Shown here piece by piece: positions 1 through 12,400 of a stretch of DNA of 64,000 nucleotides. The notes below the pieces were generated by a model. The model had not been told where the DNA came from, searched no databases, and was given only the letters and a program-made list of their open reading frames with translations. The stretch lies in contig OZ260664.1 of NCBI GenBank assembly GCA_965285935.1, forward strand, positions 68,200,001 to 68,264,000. Direction: 5' to 3'. The position numbers and the translations under genes were made by a program. This stretch comes from Ophelia neglecta. Lineage: Eukaryota. Each line of letters starts with the position of its first letter. Position 1 is the stretch's first letter.

Positions 1-240
1 ACATTGACTGGGGGATTAGTGGGAAAATCATATTAGCGCAATATGAAGAGACAGTGGTTAAAAGGTTTCATTCTCAATAGCTATTAGGAGATATTACTGT
101 GTCATTGAAAGAAACTAAAAATGTAAATGTCATGAAAGGATCGCAGTCAAATCAACAAATGATGAATTGATACTTAGTATTTGGTGAACATTTCTAAAGA
201 ACTCTAATGAGAATAACCTGTACTCTCTGAACAAGGTAAT

Positions 241-1180
241 TCAATATAAACAAAGAAGGCGGAAGTCTCGCAAGGACGGCCAAGTTAATCTCTGGTTCCC
301 TGACAGATCTTTCCCTTTGGCCCAGTGTTGTTCAGCTCCCTTAAAAATGTATTCCTCTTCCTTTGTTAAATGAGGCACAATAGCCTTGGTTTTTTCCTTT
401 ACTGTTTGTAAGGTTTTTATGAGTGACTTTGTGAACCCTTGAAACTTACCATCAAGCGACATTCATTCTTAGCTTTTACTGCATGACACGTCACAAAGGA
501 ATTAATTTGAGTACCCACCTGTTTCAAAGACCAGCTTCATATTACGAAATAAAAGAGAGGATAGGGTACGGAGCCTTTTCAACCCAGGTCAATGTATATA
601 CCTTGGAGACTGGGACAGGCTTAAACGTTCCTACGAAGACTTAGAAAACAATCATCAACTGACCTCGCATGCCCCTTATTGTCTGACAGTAATTCATTTC
701 CGTTTTTTTCCTTCGGTGCAACACAATGTAGAGATAATGAACGCTATGACTATCGATATCATTTATCTTTTTTTTCCAGTGTAGTCTATGACTTTGAAGG
801 CAACATTTGAATTGTCTTCTACCAAAAAGGAATATTTTCAATATTTTCCATGTACCAGGGGCATAGGCAAATACCTATAATTCGATTTTATTTGCTTACG
901 TAATGTAGATCCTGTAGACAGATTTCCAGTTCCTCGATGTCACCTTTAAAAGTTAAAAGAATGCAGGAACTGCGATTAATATCCACCCACTCCAGAACGT
1001 GTAGGTGGGGCCGCTGAGCAATTTTCCGAGGATGTAATGATCCGATTTACCTCATGCGCGTGACTGCTTCCAACCGGCATTTACATCAATTTGAGTAGTA
1101 TAAATTATTGTTTATATTCTCTGAGGACCACGCTTCACCCTTTCAAACGAATGCGCTTTAGAGCCATATGAAAACACATT
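241..1180 (-). mobile_element. Possible highly decayed Maverick/Polinton-type DNA polymerase B N-terminal relic
   Basis: Broken-frame fragments KGEAWSSENI, PVGSS, SLHPRKIAQRP, FKCCLQS and LTKEEEYIFKGAEQ run in the order I recall for that region. Judged by eye only. Confidence 0.3.
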
Positions 1181-2758
1181 TATTGAAATCAAAAAAGGTA
1201 CACTCTCCAGGCTTTTCCTAGAGAATTCGAGAATAGCATCATTAGTCGATTGCAAGCATGCAGGTTTCGGCACATTGTGTCAGTATATGAATGCATCCAT
1301 GGTCATTCGGAAAAGAGAATCTGTAGGAAAATAAGTAGAGACAAGTTTATAGGTTGCTGAGTGTGCGGACGCTCCAACCACATTGGTTATGTCTCCCAGT
1401 AAGTTAAAATGCATCCCGGTGTATAAGATCAGTGGCTCCCCTAGCCGAAAGCCCCCCCCCCCCCTCAACTCAAAACTTGATGTAAACAAAATCCCATGAA
1501 CGCATAACTCAGCGCCCTGCAACCAGTTAAACCAGTACTTCCAGACCGAGACCCTGATAAACGAGAATTGGTGGACGGAGGACTAGTGTTTCAAGACCGG
1601 GGGACTCCCGGATCGAGATTTGGGTTTATAAATGTCCGGATGGACTTTCCAGTCAGGGTAGCCCCGAAACATTTACACCGGGACAGATTTCTACCATTAC
1701 TTGTCCGCGTTGATACTGTGAATCGCCTCACGGTCTTTTCGTAAGATCCCATTCGGCAAAGTGGTGAACGAACACCAGCGTCGAATGAGTTTCTGGTCAT
1801 TGCTTTTCTGTTTTTAGTCCAGCCAAATCCTGTCTCAAAAAGTGTCTGCCATTGCTACTCAGTGACTGTTGTACATGGCGGTTTCAAGGTAAATACTAAT
1901 TACCAGCATAGCTATATAAAGGACCAGGTTTGCCAGCAAAGGTTTCATAAATCGCAGATTTGTATAATACCAAAGTCTTATGGGGCATTATATGTTGGTT
2001 GAGAACCACCTTTGCTTGTTTTCAGAACCTGGCAATACGTTTTTGCGAGTATTCTGACAGGAAACACAAGTTTGGTGTTGCATGAGAATGACATGATAAG
2101 AGGTCAACCCGCAAATTAGGTGCAGATTAAACATGTTACTTTCATTTTGATTTGGGAATAATAATCTGAAGAAACCGACGTGTCAATCATTAATGAACTG
2201 CATGAGTAATTAATTCATTTACTAGTTTCCATTCCACAACTGTTTTTGATTCTAAGATATAATGTAGCAAGTAAACATTGAACCTCGTCGGGGATATTTG
2301 CAGCGCCAGAAACTCGAAAGAAGTAGAACTTAACAGAACGGCAGAAACACATTCGACTTACGTCAGGTGATAAGGTCGTGACATTGAAGAGGTTACAATT
2401 ACGCTATAATGGGGTGTGGCCCACAGCATTGCTGTTGCATTAAAGGTTCCAGATACCACACACGTAATTGCCATGACACACAATCGCATAAAGACTGCTT
2501 ATCACTGAAGACATTTTGACAAAATTGGGATTTTTCAATTAACCCTTACGGCACTCAATAAATCTTCCTCAAAGTCGATGAACAACCCTTACAGTTTCAG
2601 GACGCTGTCACCCAACACCTTTTGATCCTCTGAGGCACGCCATCAACAATGATTGGGCCCATTTATTTCTATTTGACGCATTAAGCAAACCATGATTAGC
2701 CTGCTTTTGAGAACAACTGTTATTTTTCTCCCTTAAAGCCATGTGGCGGCGGGGCAAG

Positions 2759-2784
2759 GCGGGGGGGGGGGGGGGGAGGAGGGG
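2759..2784 (+). repeat. Poly-G tract
   Basis: Long G homopolymer followed by AGGAGGGG; similar G/C tracts occur near 1452, 11414-11449, 13572-13587, 16430-16450, 27189 and 57240. Confidence 0.85.
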
Positions 2785-5700
2785 TGTGTGGAAAAAGGAA
2801 TAGCTTTCGTTGGCTTCCTGAATGGAATGTGAAAGCTACCACGGTTACCCAAAGTTTTATTCAAGTGGTACAATTAATATTATCTGCTGTCACATTTATT
2901 ATGAATTTCATATCTGGTGATTTGTATCTCTAGGCTGCGTCTAGCTAGTTTACTTTCATTTTTTTCGCAATACATTTGTAATTTAGATAATACATATCAG
3001 ACTTATAATTGTCTAATTTAACAATTAAACAACATTGAAGCGCTTTCTACTTCATATGAACCAGTAATAACCAGTCTGTATAATCTAAAATACACAGTGT
3101 TTAAGACAATATAAAATATTACTGGACTATATTTTGCTATAAGAAAACGTAAGAAGAAGGAACTCTTGAAATGTTTAGCTGTTTTACTAATGTTCAATGG
3201 CCCGGTTGTATTCAATGACAGAAGAATGCCCAAGGTCCGTTCACATTATGTGCATAAACCAAGTGATAGCATTTATTGACACAACCAGGCTAGTAAAACA
3301 AAGTGAAAAGTGATGACCTTGCTGTTGGCACTTGAATTCCTCTGATGCGAAATTATAGGTTTTATTAAGTTGAATCGGAAGGAAAATTAAAAAAAAATCA
3401 TTACCGTCATATTTATTTAATGGCGCCCTCGATATAAAAACGTGCTAATATTAGCTGCTTAGTAGACACATATATTCGCTCATAATAAGATCAATGAAAT
3501 CACTCAAAAAATTGCGGTAGTGAAAATTGTGAATACATTTTTGCAAGTTTAAAGTTAGAAATTAATATTCTGAGGTCGAGATCATGCCTATACTCATTGC
3601 AATCATTCAAAAGAAACATTAGTTACTATAATACTATTCATACTGTGCTAGTTTTATTCTTGCTTCTTAGTCGTGCAGTTACAATTGCGAGCATAATAAA
3701 TAATTTAATAAAGCAATTCTTAAAAAAATTATCAATTGGATATTTCACATTGCGGGGATATATTTAAAATAGACATTTGGTTAATTTCCACTTCATTTGA
3801 GCAGCCTTCCTTTCCAATTTGGCAGGACTTTCAAATTGAATCACTTCATATAAACTCTCATAATAAGATTATCTTCTTTATGTCTACATTTCAGTTTTGA
3901 ATTAAATGAACTAGTGTTCGCTTTTGCGTTGGATCATCTATTAATGTAACTATGCCATTTTGGAATAATTACGTGGGATTGCATTTGTAAGGTGATCGAA
4001 TTTCGTCAAAGGATTTATTTAGTTAGTGCATTGCTGCAGTCTATGGACGTAGGAATTCTAGTTGGATGCACGAGGCCTTACTCGTAAACTGGAATCTTTT
4101 ATAGTGACCCGAATAATATCTATTCCCCCTAAGGTATGCTTTCGCCAATAATGGAAATATAATATTAAGTCTAGCGTTATGAAAAGTGTTCCAAGTGATA
4201 TTTCCTAACCTGGCTTTCCCAGCCAGGGAGTGTTAAGACAAGATTGCAATTGTTTGGTCAATAGTGGCTCTTCGGCCTACTGGGAACTGCGCCTCAGAGG
4301 TGGAACACTGTTAACATCATTTTTCCGTTTTTCTATAAGCGAAAGGCCCTGGGGCAACGCACACTTTGGGATTACCTCAGTGAGGACCCAAGTGCATAAC
4401 ATGGTAATTACATTGAGTTTCCGAGGTTTGCAATCCGAGGCAAGAGAAGGTCCAGCTTGTTCTCCATTAGCCCGGTCTTATACCGAAGATGTTTCAATTG
4501 TACATTGACATATACATATCTACAAAGACAAATGAAATTAATATTGACGGACAGGATTGTAGTTTGATGGCCCGATAATCGTTCCATATGTGAAACACTC
4601 AGCAAGATTATATGCAAAAGTCGAACATATAGCTCAAGGTTAACCATTTAATAGTCCAACGCAACACATGCAGGTACAGTCAAAGAGCAGGACTACATAT
4701 CTGAATCATCGTGGTAATCCGGAGAATTGTTCTTCCTTCACAAAGCATGCGAACATAACGAAGGACCTAGTGGATGGTACAGGTCTGAATGAATGACAAC
4801 TGCCTTAAGCCATAGATATGTCTATGCTTAAACGCATTGATTCAAGTGAACATTTGATTGATCGAATTTGCAACTTGTTTACCAAGTTGTAATTAAAAAT
4901 GGGACGCATGTACTCCGATTTCATTACCACTCAAAGTATATAGAATATTGTAGATCTACTTCTCCTAAAAAAATGATGGTTCGCTGCCATTACAATGATT
5001 TTGGTTCTACAAAATAAAGACCCGTTGACATAGCCGCACCATGAGTACGTTGAAAAGGAAATTTTCCCCAATTCAAGTACTGTACCACGGTCTGTGATGA
5101 AAAGTAAAAAGCAAAAACGCATGTTGCTCATACAGCTTTATTAACTACACGTCGAACAGCATTGAAATTAGACGCATATATCGCTGAAATTTCAAATAAT
5201 GATTTATTTATTTTGGAAGAGCGCTAAAGGTGAAATCATTAGATCTCGAGACGCTTTTTATTTAATATGGAATTAATTATGTATACATAGTCACCTAAAA
5301 TCAATCCCATGTGCAACAAACAAAATAATCTATGTTGTCTACCGCCTTAGGCGACGGCTCTTTTCAAATATATATCCTGTGGAATGTTGTTCACAATTTC
5401 TCTTTTCCTACTGCACATTTGTTTTGTTTTTTTGCAGACGAAATACAAATAGTCCTCGTCTACGACATGAATCCTTCTAGTACATCAGAGCACAAATTAC
5501 AAACACGACATCCAGAGTTAGTCTTAGGGCACGTCACATGAGAGAGGAAAACATTAATTCTGGTTTCGGGCGTCCAGTCTCATCAGAAGCAAGCAGGGAA
5601 GGTGAATTATCACCATTGTCCTGTGGTATGTCTAATGCTTTGAATTTGTACGAGTAATTTTAGTTGGTATATTTTGGTATATTTCGGTGCGTATAAAAAA

Positions 5701-8700
5701 TATGTGTACATGACTAGATACAATATATTGATTAGTGGTGACGTATGGCGGTATTAACAAATGAAGTCCGAAATACGATATAGGCCTACAATTCTTTTCT
5801 CACGGACTTCGGGCATGAAGCCGAGTGATTGATGAAATGTTGTGTTCTTTAGCTCGTAGCTGCTGTTTTCTGATGATTCCGAGACGATGTAATTAATATT
5901 ATTTACTTGTTTCTGCCGGCTATTAGTTTTGATTGATGAATGAGGTGTATTCCATCTCATTAGGACATAACCATGCTAGAAGCTGGGATATATGTATCAA
6001 ATCACACTGGAAGAAAATGAAAACCACATTTTGAAAACCCAACTGATCATCGCATAGTGGCGATGATTGAGAGGCTATGAACCTCGAAGCAGTTTTGACT
6101 ATCGGTTAGCTCTGGAACATTTGTCTGAATTATTTGTGATTGCACGAAACTAATTCGACTTATATTTGTGATTGCGCGAGGCGTGTGATTCACAGGGTAT
6201 GCGTTTTGCTCAAAAGCGAACCTTGACAATGGCTAACTCGCCTCATTTAGCAAATTTGCCCTAAACTAGTTATAAGTACAATGGATATATATGTGGTCCC
6301 ACTGTAGAAATACTTGGTTTGAAAAAGACTACGACACGATCAGTATTAGTTGTTGACTTATTACATATTATTCCATGTCGAGAAAGTTTTTATGTGTGTT
6401 ATTTTTAAGGCTTATGGTAATTCAGTATAAGAGAGTTTAGTTTAAAGTACAGAGAGGCCCACTAGAAACATACATGTCATTGGCTTGTCCCATATAGTCT
6501 AGATGCTGGTTAATGCTGCATACAAATTTTAATACAAATAGTGCTTCAGTTGAACAAACGATTTTTGGGACAGAAAAATGTCTTCTTTTAATGCTGCTTA
6601 ACTTTTTTTTTTAACAAGAAGTGTCCATATGGACTTACCACTGCATGGCCAATCTCCAGAGGGCTATGTATGAGCTGAATTAATTAGTATTATTAACTAA
6701 CGGGGTTCGTGTGTTGTTAAGAAGATGGTTGTGCTTTCCTTGTAACGTACTCGGAAACGATCCTAAATGATCGATCATCTAATGTATATCTAGAGGAGAA
6801 AGAGGCGGGGACACTTATTGAATCATTATATCCGTTACTATTTTCGACAGCACTCTCATAAATTTGCATACAAAATGGTTTTATGTTAAGTGTCTTCATG
6901 AAATGTACGTGAATATAATAATGACATAACTTCATTATATGGATTATCATAGTTCAATCGAAACCGTCTAGCAAGAATTACAGTGGTACCATTGATAATT
7001 GCGTTTGGCCATCGGCTTAGGACTTATGACCCGTTCTAACATGCAATAAATACCAATTAAATTAAGTGGATTACCTCTTAAAGTTTACAATTCTCATAGT
7101 GTATAAGGTACATGTACATGTATATTCCTTTATAATCAGCATCTGCATTGTTTGAGGTTTAGTTTCCCTTGCTATTTATTTATTTTATTTTATTTCTGGT
7201 TTAAGACATTCACTTAGTGTCCCAAGTATATTTATTTACATATATACCTGAAAAACCACTAAACCCACCAGCCTTCTCACGGCGCAACCAAAACCTCTAG
7301 GGAGATGCTATAAATAATGATATTATGGTACATCATTCTAACCGTAATAAAAAATGTCCAATTACGTAAATGACCTTTTAGAAACACTAAAGCAACATTA
7401 CCATTTTGCCAAAACATAGTTTCGTAAAGACTGTTGCATAGCAAACCCCAGGTAGTTATTAGCTTGCATTGTATCTGATCTATGGTCTTGTGGTCTACCA
7501 GTATAATCATTAAGGTACATCATATATAATTAGGTGGTAAACTTTTATTTGCAATCAATTTCCATTACCATTGTTTGGCATGGTCCATGTATTATGTTAT
7601 TGTCCGTTTTCGATGTTTAGATCAGCCTTTAATGCCAAGGCAATGGTAATTCGAAAAATGGATTCCGCTTCCTAACAATTAGTTTTTATTGGTCATATTA
7701 TCTCTCTCCTTGTCCTTACCAAAATGAAGTAACAGACAAATATATCAAAACCAGACAAATATGCATTAAACTTTTAATTTACTTAATATTCAAAAAGGGC
7801 CGTGAAACCTCTGTAGTATTTACACAATCTACCTGATCTACTATAATTATACTGCCCTTCGTATCCATGTCCTGCAACAGCAAGTCCCCTTGACATTTAA
7901 ATTAAGAAGAAAAATATGCCTACTCGCCGTCGACTTTGTCTCGCCCTTTAGAGTAACAAATTATTTTGTCTGATGGCAGTACTAGTTCATATTGAACCGG
8001 ATAATATCAGTTCTCCGCAAGGCAGAATATTGCCACTTTCAAAAACACCAAAAAAGGGTACTACAGCAAAAAAGAAAAAATGACGTATCTAAGAAGTGGA
8101 GCTGGTAGTTTCAATAATCATTTGCCGGGTTATAGACTCACCCAAAACAATATGTGATCATTGTTCACCACACAAAAATCTTTATATAGAATTCAAAAAT
8201 GCTGCAGAAACAAACATTGCCTTGTGCCCATTACAGTCCGATGGAAAATCAGATAAGAACAAAAATTTCAAAGCCGGACCAATGTATATGCACACCTTTT
8301 CTTCATTTGGACAAACAGGCAGTTTGTTATTTACCAAAACATCAGATGCCTTCTTGAGAACATTGTGATCTGGTTTTCCTGCCATTGCACAATTTTTATG
8401 CTATGATACCTCCAAAAACCTATTGGTTAATGCTAATGTCTTCTTTATGTCACGTCATTGCTCCTAGGACCAGGTGTTTCAATCATGGGGCTTCCCTCTG
8501 GAAACGGATGTTTTTTTTATTGCAGTCTCAGGAATATTCTGCTAAATTGCTACAATTTAAATTTCCTACGTGTTGCCCATAGGCCCTAATTTTCTTTGCA
8601 GGATAAAATAAGCTAACTGTAATAAACCTAACGTCTAGCCTCAATCATTCACAATCCTTTCGATTTTATGAAGATGAAAAAGCATGTATCCTTTATGATT

Positions 8701-9312
8701 AATTTTGCAAGGTGATGGTTATGCAAGTTTTTAATTTTGTCATCGCGGATAAAGGTTTAGGAGGACAAATCATTTTCAAATCCCTGGATTTAACCTCATT
8801 ATGGTGATAGTAGCAAGGAGCATCATACGTTCTAAACTACATTCTTGATATAATTACTATGCGCAAATGTCGTAACATACTATTAATTAGAAAATGGCAA
8901 ATCCGGTATGATCCACAATATTGCCAAATCCCACGGCGACATTTTTCCATATCCAACAGTGTGGAGAGCCGTATTCCATGATTAGAAGGAGGAAAAAGGC
9001 ACGTATCCGTACGTCAATAAAAAAGACTGACTGTAATGGAAGCTATATATCGGGCCTTCAAAATGAACAAGGAAATAACTAATTTCGTACAAATTGCAAA
9101 TCGTGCAGCAATGATCTTAAGAGACTGGCCTGCCCGCTTGTTTTAATACTGTCCGCATACTATATAAAAAGATTGTTGTTCCAGGGACGTTTCATTTACC
9201 GGATATAAGTTATGACAAAATTATTTGAATTGTGAAGTAATGCACAGCATCGAACTGATATTATTAATTATATTTGTAGCAATATAATATAAATATAAAA
9301 CAAAATACCAGG

Positions 9313-9430
9313 CATATGTGTCGAATTTTCGGCAGGCAAACCTGCCTTCACCTGGACTTTTATCTGAACCAAATAAATTTATATACAGTCCAAATGAAAG
9401 AAGGCATGTCTGCCGAAAATTCGACATATG
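9313..9430. repeat. Fold-back inverted repeat (small MITE-like hairpin)
   Basis: 17-bp perfect IR TGTCGAATTTTCGGCAG (9319-9335) / CTGCCGAAAATTCGACA (9410-9426); imperfect pairing extends inward to TGGACT/AGTCCA around an AT-rich loop. Confidence 0.8.
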
Positions 9431-12400
9431 TAGGTGTTTTGTTTTTTCTATCAATACTTACGATAATAATGACAATAATGAATGTCAAAAAATATATTAA
9501 AACCTAGAATATAGAGTATTAGACAGCAGTGGTATGTATCTTCTTATATAGTATCTGGCAAATACAATATATGGTGCATAGTGCATTGGTTTTAGCAAAC
9601 ACACATGATAAGAAATGCGGTTAAAATGGTGTGGCAAAGATAATGAAAACGAGATGAAACGAGATGATTAAATATAATTATTGGTCATGCTCCAGATATC
9701 AAGTAGCGTTATCCGAACGCAAAGGAATATAACAGGGCTCGAAGATTTGATGTTAAGCGTTATTGCTATACAAATAATACCGATTCCCTTTTAAAAATTG
9801 ATTGTTTAAACTATACGTGATCCGCTCATTAAAGCTGCTCATCAATTATAACCGCGAGAAATTTAGTATAAATTTATGCTCATATTTCACAGGTGTCATT
9901 CAATAAACACATACCGAGTCTTCTTTACACTACACGAAAATTTGTTACCCCGAAGCCAGGTCACAAGTTTGAGTAAACCAATTTTTATGAGATAAGATGT
10001 ATTTTGTTCATTGGCCAAACCTTTAGCGGCAGCAACAAAGTTGACAATTTGTTAGTTAATTCACATAAACCATAACAAAGTATGTCCAGCCCCGGGAAGC
10101 CTTATGAGACTCGAAAATTTGTTTACTTTAGCACAGAATTTAAGTCGATAAAAGAGAGACAAACAGGCTATAGATGTTTAGTTAGCATTCCAGCCAAGAC
10201 AAAGTAACTTCGAAAGCATTTTGTGAAAGCCCCTCTAAAATCTACCAACACCCAAAGCACCAAGTTCTAGTCTTGATAAGTTTGCATACTTATACCAATC
10301 AGAAAATAGTAGCTAGAATTGTTATGGGCCATCGCATTCCCAATAGCGAATTGGTATTTATAAAGTAAATTCAGTTGATTGGTCTAATGGATGGCCTAGA
10401 GTGCAATATTTGACCGGAATGACATCAATGTATCGTACATTCGAAAGGTCGGCTGATAGAAAAACTGAGGAAAGAGGCATTTGATATGGTTTGGTTTAAT
10501 TAAATTTTTTAGACTTATATTTCTACCGCAATAATTCTTTTTGAACTCACCAGGGCATTAGTGAGCTTTGTTTACGAAATTCCAAAACAGAAATAGTTAT
10601 AATATAAATGGAATGATCTTGTTCGGCCTAACTGAATGGCAAAGCAAACTTCAATGTCAAGGAAACCCAGTTTATGGCGATGAAACAAGCATGTTTCGTT
10701 CTCAAAGCTATTCAAAGGACCTTTAATCCCTTACTCAACTATGTGAAGGCGAATCCCAGTAGTGATTGTTGTTAAATGTCAATCAATCAATAACGCAAAA
10801 GGAGCGCAGTCGGCAACGAACCAGATCATCAAAGGAGACCAACTCAAAGGCGAAGGTCCTTAAGTGTAATGCCCTCAAGTAAAATGGTGGAATATGATAA
10901 CGTTATACAGCTGGGGTATTTTAACCGCACCGGTGAATCTTAAGTATCAAATCGAATATGTGTTCTTGGCATTTTTTCATTTGTATGCATGAACATACAG
11001 AAGTGCTACTGGCTCTTATCCATAAAAGTTGTCAAAGCAGCATCATCATTCATTACCCCTCATATTCATTAATTGACCTTAGTTTAAACTCATATGGTAT
11101 ACGAGTGGAGGGTTTGCCAACACACCGTCAGGTGACCTTCATAATGCAATGTTTACCGAATCTGTACTGTATCACTTTATAAATTACCGATGGTTGCTGG
11201 ACAAGGGTTGGAGGTCATATGCTTTAGGCCAGGTATGATTCCTGATGAATTCGAAACTATTCAATTGGTCATTATCGATTGTCGATTGTCTGCCGGGTAT
11301 CCATGGCCGTTTCTGTAGATCCAGACCTGAATTAATGTCAATGCTTTCACTGATTGCAATAATACATATTTGTTCTATACCGCAGGCTAAAGGATTTGTG
11401 CTGTTGGGAATTTGGGGGAGGGGAGGGGGAAAGGGGGGGGGGGGAGGGGCAAAAATGAACGCGGTGGAGGCTAGTATGTATTATTAGGCTCAATCATTTA
11501 TTGTTAAGGTGGTTATCCTCCCTCATATTTGGGTATATGACACAGCCCTTCTTTATTTCTTTCTACTGTGTTTATTTTTAGGTTTTTGGACAATCTTACC
11601 ATTGACTACACAAATTAGAATATTCATTAAAGTAGGCAATTGGTAAAATTTGTAATCACACATCTTTCGTCATATCCACATGTATACAAAATGTCCCACT
11701 TTCGATCGGACAGTCAAAAGCTGTTTTAAAACATGGTCGCTCACAGAATTAATAACTAAGCCATGGTTACACCAATGGAAAATTATGTCGTGGCATGTTT
11801 CTTTGACGAATCGACATTCAATCCCGGGAATTTGAATGAAAGAATAAATCTACTTCAGGATTGCTGTAAAATTGGTGTCAAAACTAGAATGGCTTTTACA
11901 AAGAACTCTTTAAAAGTGCAGCTCAAGAGTAGCATGACCCTTGTATATTATCTGATAAACGTGACGAATACCACTAATACCCCCTTTGAAACGAATTTTC
12001 GTTAGCTCCAAAACCAATCCCTTCTTGACAAGTAAGGATTTGACGATGACGGGAGATCGCAGCTAGCGATTCACGATACCAATTTCCTCAGGAGCGATTG
12101 ATATCCCCGACTTACTATCGTACTCTGCTTCATCCAGGTGAACTAAAAGAAAGGCTTATCGACCAGGACAATGATGTAATGGATTATATGGCCTAGTTTG
12201 GCTTCACCGATCCAGGCATACATTTCCTTTGGGAGAGATGAATCGGCAGTTCAGAGATCAGCCCATCTCACTATTTCGAAATAAATGTAGGCGTAGGGCT
12301 ATGTGGACGTAAATAAGACGTTGTCCTAGCATTGCCAACTATGCCACTATTTTCAGCTAAATGGCAATATAAAACAGATTATATTTAGCCATGTGCAAAT

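Noticed and set aside
5438-5601. Exon-like segment with a good acceptor and donor
   Set aside because: Stops in all three frames over its full length, no recognisable protein similarity and no partner exons.
11763-12005. FFDESTFN resembling the first Asp motif of Tc1/mariner transposases
   Set aside because: Isolated motif; no further DDE motifs or paired TIRs found.
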